A stretch of DNA of 58,281 nt, from the NCBI GenBank assembly GCA_049667605.1, contig JBATIF010000204.1, positions 1-58,281 of the forward strand. Direction: 5' to 3'. This stretch comes from Gammaproteobacteria bacterium. Its GTDB lineage: Bacteria > Pseudomonadota > Gammaproteobacteria > UBA9214. The notes under the pieces were generated by a model that worked only from the letters and a program-made list of their open reading frames with translations, did no database searches and had not been told where the DNA came from. Below, in pieces: positions 45,425 to 53,132 of the stretch (position 1 is the first letter of the stretch; the number at the start of each line of letters is the position of its first letter). The position numbers and the translations under genes are program-made.

Positions 45425-47599
45425 ATGGTGAACGCCAGGCAGTCAGATTCCAGGGCTCTGCTGTTTGCGTTATTTGCAGCAACCACCATGATCGCACAGC
45501 AGGTCGCCGGCAAGGCAACCCGGGATGCCTTGTTTCTTTCTAATTTTGATGTAACCAATCTTCCCAAGATGGTAATCACGGCGGCATTTGTCTCCATGGG
45601 CGGCGTTATGCTGATGTCATGGCTGCTTTCGCACATTACGCCCGCGAAACTTGTCCCCGGCATATTCGGACTAAGCGCTATTTTGTTTATTGGCGAATGG
45701 GTAATACTCGGGTATCAACCGAACATCGCATCTGTCATTCTATATCTGCACATGGCCGTCTTTGGCGCTATCCTGATCAGCGGTTTCTGGTCGATCATCA
45801 ATGAACGTTTCGACCCGCATTCAGCAAAACAGCGGGTCGCCCGTATTGCTGCTGCGGCCACGCTTGGTGGTGTTATCGGCGGTATGCTCGCAGACACGGT
45901 CGCCACACAACTAAATGTACGCAGTATGTTGCTGTTTCTGAGCGGCCTGCACGTGATCTGCCTGATAGCCGTCATGGGAATTGGAACTCAAACCAGGGCA
46001 GCGCCGGTAGAGCAACATGTCAGGACCCGCTCCGCCTTCACGATCATTTCACACACCCCGTATCTGCAGTGGATGGCACTCCTGATGGTGCTGGTTGCAG
46101 TCATGGCGGCGCTGGTGGACTACGCGTTCAAGGCCGAAGCAGTTGCCCATTACAAGGATACAGAGTCACTGGTCGCATTCTTCGGATCATTTTATGCCTT
46201 TGTCGGGGTGCTGGGGTTTGTCTTGCAGACATTACTCGGTCGTCGCATTTTGCAGCGATTTGGTATCGGTGCCACGATTGCCATATTGCCTGCCGTGGTT
46301 GCCCTGTTTGGAGTTTTCGGAACGGCAGTTACGCATCTCTGGACGATGATCATGATGCGCGGCAGCCATGCCGTTTTTGTCACTTCCTTTTTCCGCTCCG
46401 CTTTTGAGCTTCTGTATACGCCATTACCCCCTCACAAGAAGCGTCCTACCAAGACCATCATTGATGTGGCGAGTGACCGGCTCGGTGACTTGATCGGCAG
46501 TGGTTTTATCCTGCTTTTGCTGTTTCTTCTGCCTGATCTGCCGACGGCCATTGTGGCCGCTTGTGCGGTGCTTGTCGCCATAGTCGCACTTTATGTGATT
46601 ACGCGTCTCAATCGTGGCTATATCAACCAGCTGGCAAGCAGCCTGCGCAAGGGTGTTGTGCAGATCGAGGAGGAAGACATTATCGATGCCACAACCCAGC
46701 ATATCCTGGCAGAGTCCAACGCGTATTCAGAAAGGGACTTCCTGCAAACAAAAATTGACGCCATGCAGGAACGCAAGACCGGCGAAGGATATTCCATTGA
46801 TGAAGTGGACGAGAGTGCATCCCTGGCGGACCTGATTGCCGATCTTTGCTCCAATGACACTAACCGCATACAGCATGCCCTGATCGCCTCTCTGGCCGAT
46901 ATCCGTCTCACACCCTACATGATCCCCCTGCTGGCTAATGATGACATTGCCGACGATGTACGCACAGAGTTACGCTGGCTGGTACCAAGAATTCCCGGGC
47001 AGTTAACGGATGCCTTGCTGGATCCTGATGTGCCAATGCTGGCACGACAACGATTGCCAGGTGTCCTCGAAGCCAGCCACAATCCACGTTCCATTGACGG
47101 GTTATTGCTGGGCATGATGGATGCGTCTTTTAACGTACGTTACAGTAGCGCCAGGGCACTGGCGCGCATGCGCTCAAGAAATGCCAACCTGAAAATTCCC
47201 AGCGAAACAATTTACACTGCAATTCATAAGGAACTTGATGTTTCACTGGATGAGTGGGAGGTGCCCGGCGAGGAACTGAATCTCGGCGATGAGCAGGTGG
47301 AAGACGCGGGAAGTTCTCGCATCAACCGCAACCTGGAACACGTGTTCACCTTGTTAGCGCTTACCCTCGACCCGGATGCCGTCCATATGTGCAAGCAAGC
47401 TGCATTCAGCAAGGACCTCAATCTGCGCGGTACCGCACTTGAATACCTTGAGAATGTTTTGCCGGCCGGACTTTATCAGGCCCTGGTAGAGCGACTCGGG
47501 CTCAGCGAGGAAGAGCGCAGTAGTTCACGCTCCTTGCGTGAAGTCATGAAAGAGCTGAAATCGGTTGTACAGAGCGCGGGGCCGCATTGGTCTGATTAA
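45425..47599 (+). CDS. TLC-type transporter fused to a C-terminal HEAT-repeat domain
   Basis: The N-terminal ~420 aa are polytopic, with the block VAGKATRDALFLSNF, the same pattern as the 41757 gene. The C-terminal ~300 aa are soluble with HEAT/PBS-lyase-like repeats (NVRYSSARALARM, LNLRGTALEYLENVLP). Confidence 0.62.
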   Translation: MVNARQSDSRALLFALFAATTMIAQQVAGKATRDALFLSNFDVTNLPKMVITAAFVSMGGVMLMSWLLSHITPAKLVPGIFGLSAILFIGEWVILGYQPNIASVILYLHMAVFGAILISGFWSIINERFDPHSAKQRVARIAAAATLGGVIGGMLADTVATQLNVRSMLLFLSGLHVICLIAVMGIGTQTRAAPVEQHVRTRSAFTIISHTPYLQWMALLMVLVAVMAALVDYAFKAEAVAHYKDTESLVAFFGSFYAFVGVLGFVLQTLLGRRILQRFGIGATIAILPAVVALFGVFGTAVTHLWTMIMMRGSHAVFVTSFFRSAFELLYTPLPPHKKRPTKTIIDVASDRLGDLIGSGFILLLLFLLPDLPTAIVAACAVLVAIVALYVITRLNRGYINQLASSLRKGVVQIEEEDIIDATTQHILAESNAYSERDFLQTKIDAMQERKTGEGYSIDEVDESASLADLIADLCSNDTNRIQHALIASLADIRLTPYMIPLLANDDIADDVRTELRWLVPRIPGQLTDALLDPDVPMLARQRLPGVLEASHNPRSIDGLLLGMMDASFNVRYSSARALARMRSRNANLKIPSETIYTAIHKELDVSLDEWEVPGEELNLGDEQVEDAGSSRINRNLEHVFTLLALTLDPDAVHMCKQAAFSKDLNLRGTALEYLENVLPAGLYQALVERLGLSEEERSSSRSLREVMKELKSVVQSAGPHWSD

Positions 47600-47680
47600 T
47601 CCTGTCGCAGCTTACTCCGGCTTATGCAAATATTTCCGTTCATGGCGATTGCGGCCTTATGGCCCCAAACAGGGAACCGG

Positions 47681-49057
47681 TTACCTGGAGATTGCCGCAT
47701 CGGGCTGCTCACCGACCGATGTATTCTCAGGTGTATCGTCAGGAGTGTCTTCAGGTGTGTCGTCCGGATCGACCTCGGCAGCCGGCTCCGATGATAATGA
47801 CGTATTGGCTCTTTGCATGATCCGGTGGATGCGTGTTCCCATGGTTTGATGGTCCACGGCCGAGTTCTTGCGCAGGACATTCGAGATCAGCGTAGCGATG
47901 TAATGCAGCGGGCGAGCTTCGTTGAAGCTTTCAATGATCGCGACCGAGTTCATGTAGTTCTTTTTGTTACCCATGTACTTGCCGCATTTGAAACCTTCTT
48001 CCTCCTGGCAGCTGTAGAGGGAACCGGATTTGAAATACACGGCCGAGTCCCGCAGTGCCGGGGCTGAGGCATAGCGAATACGCCGCTCGGTCATGTAGAG
48101 CAGGCGCTTCATCTCGCGGCTGGAAAACTCGTCCACCAGCCGGCCCTGTTCCATGCGCAGGGTGAATAACATCAGTTCCCGGGCCGTGCCGTAGCTGTTG
48201 CCGCCGCCGGCTACCTTGTTCTTGCCGGTGCGCGTAAAAAAGCTTCCTTGGCGCAAAAGGTTGATATCCAGACCGTTACGGGTAATCGGCTCGAAGAAGG
48301 TGGCCTGGAACAGTGCGGTGAGTTCCTTTCTCGGGGTTTCCTTGAAGAACCGCTGGATCTCCTCTTCAGGTGGCGGGTAGCTTTTGCCGTAATGCTTGAG
48401 CAACATGGCATCGCGCATGGTCATGGCAGCCGCGGCATTGGAACTGACGGACAGGGTCCAGTCGAGATATTCCCAGAGCGATCCGCGGTCACCATCCTTC
48501 ATGGTTCGCCGTGTCAGTTTTTGCGTCTCGACATCGAACAGGCGGATCTTGTGATGGTCCCAGTGACAGAATTCATCAGCGGTAATGTACGTGTTCTTCA
48601 GGATACCCCGGCGCTTTGCAAGGTCGTCCGGCCAGGCATCGGCGAGCGCCTGGAACAGGCCAAGTGCCACGACTATTTTGCCGACACTGCCGACATTCTG
48701 TTTGTAATCACCGCGATGCTCGGCATAGCGAGGATTTTCCGGGTCGCTCAAATCGAGTACGGCGATGCCGTAACGGCTGGCATTGTTTCCCAGCAAATTC
48801 AGGATTTCCCGATTCAACTCAGGGTCGGGGGCGGGAAGATCAATATCGGGGTAATTCAGCAGACGCAGGTCCACTTCTGCCGTTGAAAGCTGTGCGCCCG
48901 GAGGCTGCTTGCGACCGCGTATAATGCCTTCATTTTCGAGACGGGCGCCTTCTACCCGCCGGATACCGGTTTCCGCGTAACCATCCAGTGGATAGGCCGT
49001 CACCAGGGAAGGGATGCCGAGCACCAGCAAAAGCGGCACTGCCAGGTATTTAATCAT
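47681..49057 (-). CDS. exported class A beta-lactamase-fold serine hydrolase with acidic repeat tail
   Basis: A signal peptide is present (LLLVLGIPSLVTA). SVGK, SSN and KSG motifs are present. The C-terminal tail reads PDDTPEDTPDDTPENT. The start overlaps the upstream stop (ATGA). Confidence 0.75.
   Translation of the reverse strand: MIKYLAVPLLLVLGIPSLVTAYPLDGYAETGIRRVEGARLENEGIIRGRKQPPGAQLSTAEVDLRLLNYPDIDLPAPDPELNREILNLLGNNASRYGIAVLDLSDPENPRYAEHRGDYKQNVGSVGKIVVALGLFQALADAWPDDLAKRRGILKNTYITADEFCHWDHHKIRLFDVETQKLTRRTMKDGDRGSLWEYLDWTLSVSSNAAAAMTMRDAMLLKHYGKSYPPPEEEIQRFFKETPRKELTALFQATFFEPITRNGLDINLLRQGSFFTRTGKNKVAGGGNSYGTARELMLFTLRMEQGRLVDEFSSREMKRLLYMTERRIRYASAPALRDSAVYFKSGSLYSCQEEEGFKCGKYMGNKKNYMNSVAIIESFNEARPLHYIATLISNVLRKNSAVDHQTMGTRIHRIMQRANTSLSSEPAAEVDPDDTPEDTPDDTPENTSVGEQPDAAISR
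47729..47776. repeat. four imperfect 12-nt tandem units inside a CDS
   Basis: The units are AGGTGTATCGTC / AGGAGTGTCTTC / AGGTGTGTCGTC / CGGATCGACCTC. On the minus strand they encode the D(D/E)TP repeats. Confidence 0.8.
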
Positions 49058-51993
49058 CGTGGTATCTCCTGCATTGTTACATTCTGATCAAGACGGCCTG
49101 CCAGTGCCTTGTCCATGCTATTAAGGTAACTGCTGCCCCGGGCCTGCTTGCTTTCCAGGAACGGGCGTAATTGAAACAGGTGCAGTTTGCCGTTCAGAAA
49201 ACCGAATTCAACATCCGCTGGTGCCGGCTTGCCTTCATCATCCGTAATCGAGGGAAACTTTTGCGGCAGTTCCTTTGCAAACTGTATGAGCTGCCTGATC
49301 TCGCCCGGCTGTAACACCGTATCACTGCCGCTGGTCGGGACCTTCTCGACGCCACCGCTGGCTATCGGGTTGCGTCGCCATGGGGCAGTTGCCATTGCCA
49401 GTACCCGCACCGAGCCATCGCGCATATCGATGCGTAGGGATTCAGCCGACTGGCCATCGACCGCGCCACCGACCCCTTCATTGACGGCGACTGATAGCAC
49501 CGCGCGGTCACCCGTATCAATGTCCTGGGTCACCATAACGCCGGACTTGTCATTCGATACCGACTGCAGCAACAGCACGGCAGGGTAGACATGTTCCGGT
49601 GTATCCATGTGCGACTGCCGCCATGCAAAGGCGCGTGCCGTGAACGGTGATGCCCAGACCCGCGGGATGGCGTTGATGACGTTATCCACCCCGATTACAT
49701 TCGGCAGGGTCAGGTTCAGACCAGCGCCGGTAAAACCGGCAAGGTCTTCCACGTTGGTGTCAGACCGTACAAACACGCCATAGCTACCGGTACCGAAGGC
49801 CTGGTTCATCGCCTTGCGCAGTCCACTTCTGAACGTATCATCAAGCTTTGCCGATGCAATCCGTTTGTACACCTCGGCACGGAAGCGTTCGGTAAATTCC
49901 AGCCTTTGCGTTGAGTCCTCCGGCATTGTCTGCATTTTACGATACTGCTCGACCATCCATTCGAAGACAGTCTTGCCCGTACCATCGTAGGGCTTGTCCA
50001 GCACTGTTTCCCGGAACACGCCAAAAGGAATGGCTACACCCTGGGCCACGGCGTCAGGATAGGCGTGACGCAATTCACCGAGCTTTGCGGCCTTTGGGCC
50101 GACAACGCGTCCGGAGTCATCCGCACGCAGCATGTCCAGGTTAAGGAAGTCCTTGACGGACAGGTCGAGTTTCTCCAGATCCGGCCTGATGACAGCAGCG
50201 CCCGCCTGGTTGTCCTTGCCAAACACTGCATCCCAGTTGGCACCATCCGGACCCAGTTCAACCAGTCCCGCGGGGCTGACAGCCATCACCACGGCCTGGC
50301 CGTCATGCTTGCGTATGGATGGAATCAGTTCCTCGTCCACGCCCACGTTGGGTATACCCAGGTTGCGCGCCAGCAACTGAACATGCGACAGGGGATTGCC
50401 TTCACCGGCCGTCATGATGCCCGCAACCGGCGGAAGCTCGGAGATGGTTTCCGGCAACAGGTAGATACCATGTGCCTCAAATCCGGCATGTTCATCGAGG
50501 TCCGGGGTGGCATGCAGCACGCCGCGTGCCAGTCCCGGGTTGAGGGCGCGGAAGCCGACACCGATTTCCTTGCCAAAGAGTTTGTGCTCGACACCCGCCA
50601 GGCGGTTTGCATCCTGCAGCAGTCCATCGAGGATTTGCGAATAAAACAGCAGCGGGCTGCCACGTAACTGGTCCTGGATGAAAAGTAACGCCAGTGGTTC
50701 GATCTCGGCCAGCTTGTCCATGGATTCATAGAACTGGAAACGCAGGCCCTGGGTCCCCCAGCCGGGCACCCGCCCGAGGTAGCCGAGCGTTTTCATATAA
50801 TCTGCAAGCGAAATACTTGAACCGGCAAGTGAGTCAAGGGAAGCAAGCAATTCACCTTGACCCCTGCGGTTGATACTGCCGGTTCCATAGGCGGCGTTGA
50901 CGGTCGCCTTCAGCCACTCGACACGTTGATGTCGTGTTGCCTTTGGCAGTCTTGAACGCAGGTCTGCGCTGGCACTGAAATTCACAGTCTCAACCGCAAG
51001 GCCCAGGTCGAGTATCCGTAACCGGGCTGCTGCACTTTTTATCCTGGGTAGCACATCACGCAATTCGGCCAGCAGGCCGGCCGTCACCGCGTATTGGTGA
51101 TCGGCTGACGGGTCCTTATTCAGCTGCTGTGCGGCCGAGCGCAGGATCTTTTGCAACCAGGGGCCCGCGGAAAACACCTCGGCAGTTGCATTGAGCTGCT
51201 CGGGTAACGGGGCAGACTGGTAAACCCGGTCAATGTCACTGGCAAGGATTTCGTATTTTTTCCTGAGTGCCGGATCGCTGGTTCCAGCCGCGTAATCGCG
51301 AACCAGCTTTGCATCACTTGCTTCCGGGGTACCGTGGATCTTGCCGCGGATATCCTTGAAGCCCTTGTCCTCTTCTGACAGTGAAGCCGAGAACTGGCGG
51401 ACCTTCTGGACGGAGGCGGTGTCCTCGCCATGCGGCAACAAGCCCACACCGATGCGCAGGGCCGGGTAACGAAAACCAATCCAGACCGGGTCTGCCGCCA
51501 GGGTCAGCAACAGGTCCCGACCGCCGTTACGCTCGTCTTCTTCCTGGATGGCACCCCGGTAGAAGAGGGCACGACGCCATATCCAGCCATCGTCCATCCG
51601 TATCAGGAATTTTTCGATCAACAGCTGGTTATAGGCGTCGAGGAATTCAGGCGAATTTATGTCAACATCGGTTTTATACCCGGCCAGTAAATTTGCAATC
51701 AGGTAGCCCTCATCCCTCAGCTTCCTGGTCTTGTCGCTCCATGAACCATGCTGATGGCCGCCGCCATGTTCGACACAGGCATATTCCCTGGGTGGTAGTA
51801 TGGATCCGTCATTACAGAACCAGCGTAACTCCTTGAAAGGACCCCTTTCACGGACCTTCATTTCATTGATCCAGCGCCGGTGTTCGGTGTTGTCTCCAGC
51901 CGCGGCCGCAGTGTTATCCGATGAGGCGGGAGCGCCTGCTGATATCCAAATGCCGAAGGCGAACAATATTGTTTTTATTAATCGAATTTTCAT
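49054..51993 (-). CDS. PEP-utilising / ATP-grasp (PPDK_N-like) dikinase-family protein with N-terminal signal peptide
   Basis: The N-terminus reads MKIRLIKTILFAFGIWISAGAPASS. A ~470-aa domain of unknown function follows. Next comes a swivelling phosphohistidine motif (GIMTAGEGNPLSHVQLLARNLGIPNV). An ATP-grasp PEP/pyruvate-binding-like region follows (VGPKAAKLGEL, VRSDTNVEDLAGFTGAGLNLT, DVEFGF..GKLHLFQLRP). Confidence 0.72.
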   Translation of the reverse strand: MKIRLIKTILFAFGIWISAGAPASSDNTAAAAGDNTEHRRWINEMKVRERGPFKELRWFCNDGSILPPREYACVEHGGGHQHGSWSDKTRKLRDEGYLIANLLAGYKTDVDINSPEFLDAYNQLLIEKFLIRMDDGWIWRRALFYRGAIQEEDERNGGRDLLLTLAADPVWIGFRYPALRIGVGLLPHGEDTASVQKVRQFSASLSEEDKGFKDIRGKIHGTPEASDAKLVRDYAAGTSDPALRKKYEILASDIDRVYQSAPLPEQLNATAEVFSAGPWLQKILRSAAQQLNKDPSADHQYAVTAGLLAELRDVLPRIKSAAARLRILDLGLAVETVNFSASADLRSRLPKATRHQRVEWLKATVNAAYGTGSINRRGQGELLASLDSLAGSSISLADYMKTLGYLGRVPGWGTQGLRFQFYESMDKLAEIEPLALLFIQDQLRGSPLLFYSQILDGLLQDANRLAGVEHKLFGKEIGVGFRALNPGLARGVLHATPDLDEHAGFEAHGIYLLPETISELPPVAGIMTAGEGNPLSHVQLLARNLGIPNVGVDEELIPSIRKHDGQAVVMAVSPAGLVELGPDGANWDAVFGKDNQAGAAVIRPDLEKLDLSVKDFLNLDMLRADDSGRVVGPKAAKLGELRHAYPDAVAQGVAIPFGVFRETVLDKPYDGTGKTVFEWMVEQYRKMQTMPEDSTQRLEFTERFRAEVYKRIASAKLDDTFRSGLRKAMNQAFGTGSYGVFVRSDTNVEDLAGFTGAGLNLTLPNVIGVDNVINAIPRVWASPFTARAFAWRQSHMDTPEHVYPAVLLLQSVSNDKSGVMVTQDIDTGDRAVLSVAVNEGVGGAVDGQSAESLRIDMRDGSVRVLAMATAPWRRNPIASGGVEKVPTSGSDTVLQPGEIRQLIQFAKELPQKFPSITDDEGKPAPADVEFGFLNGKLHLFQLRPFLESKQARGSSYLNSMDKALAGRLDQNVTMQEIPR

Positions 51994-52048
51994 ACTCTTT
52001 TCTCAGGGAAGGATGATGACTGGATCAGGTCGCAATGCAGAGGATAGC

Positions 52049-52079
52049 AAAAACAGGGGGCCGGCAGCATCAGGCCGGC
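52049..52079 (-). terminator. possible rho-independent terminator
   Basis: On the minus strand, GCCGGC-CTGATGCT-GCCGGC is followed by CCCCTGTTTTT. The T-run is not immediately adjacent to the stem. Confidence 0.4.
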
Positions 52080-52143
52080 ATATATACTGGAAATGCCGGT
52101 CAGGCAATCCCGCGACCTGGCACACCAAGGATTCGGGCCCGGT

Positions 52144-52872
52144 CTAAAAAGTCCGAATGCCCCTGTTCAGCGGTCGTTGTTGGAACACCAGCACCTGACC
52201 CGAGGCATCCTGAAGAAGTAACCGGGTCTGGTTTCTGGCGAAAGTATACTGCGTAACGGTCCCCGTTTGTTTTGCAAGCAGGTTAACAATATTGTCTTTT
52301 ATCCGCACCGTGCCACTGATTACCGTCCGTCTGTTCTGTAGTCGGAATTGATTTCCCCTGACCTCCAGGATCTCGCCTGTATTTCCATACCAGCGTCCAT
52401 TGAGCAAGGCGCTGGAAGAATACTGGCCATGCGGGTTGGCGGCACCATATCCCGCCGGATAGCCGTTGCGCGCTATTCCAAAAGGGGTCGTATAGGCGGG
52501 AGACATGAACGGGTTGTACGGCGTGCTCCACGGATTGCCCGCCAGGGCCGGGGACCAGGGCGAGAGTCCCATACTGTTGAGAGGTAATCCACCATAGCCG
52601 GACCAGGGGTTCATGCCGCTCATACCCCATGGGCTCACACCGGTCATGCCGCCCAGCATGGGCAGGGTCGTCATGCCGAGACCAAGGGAATTACCGCCGC
52701 CCCAGCCGAGGTTACCAGTGCCATCACCCGCAACGTCCGACATGGCTCTCATCATGCTCAGCATCATGCGAAACATAAGGCTGAACATGTCACCGTAATC
52801 GTCAGCCGCGACCGGCCGTGCAAGCAACAAGGCACAAATCAGCAGGTAGATGGCGGGTCTGTTTCTTTTCAT
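52144..52872 (-). CDS. secreted low-complexity Met/Gly/Pro/Trp-rich protein
   Basis: A signal peptide is present (LLICALLLARPVAA). A Met-rich segment follows (MFSLMFRMMLSMMRAM). Four xPW repeats sit in a G/M/S/P-rich stretch. The last ~90 aa form a beta-rich, ordinary-composition C-terminal domain. Confidence 0.6.
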   Translation of the reverse strand: MKRNRPAIYLLICALLLARPVAADDYGDMFSLMFRMMLSMMRAMSDVAGDGTGNLGWGGGNSLGLGMTTLPMLGGMTGVSPWGMSGMNPWSGYGGLPLNSMGLSPWSPALAGNPWSTPYNPFMSPAYTTPFGIARNGYPAGYGAANPHGQYSSSALLNGRWYGNTGEILEVRGNQFRLQNRRTVISGTVRIKDNIVNLLAKQTGTVTQYTFARNQTRLLLQDASGQVLVFQQRPLNRGIRTF

Positions 52873-53132
52873 TAAACAAAGATGCCTTTGGCTGGTTCTT
52901 CTTTAGGGTAAATATAACCAGACTGCTTAACGACATAAATATTGTAATATTACTACATATTGTGACATGCGACCTAAGACATCCTACATTTAGTAGCTGC
53001 AAAGCCACCGGCGTCGGTCAGTGATTCTCATGGCAGGGCGAATTAGATGCTACGGCACGGGAAAAGTTGCTGGCAGGCAAATAATGGCACTCATGTTACA
53101 CTTTGCCAGATAACCCTATTTCACTGAAACAC

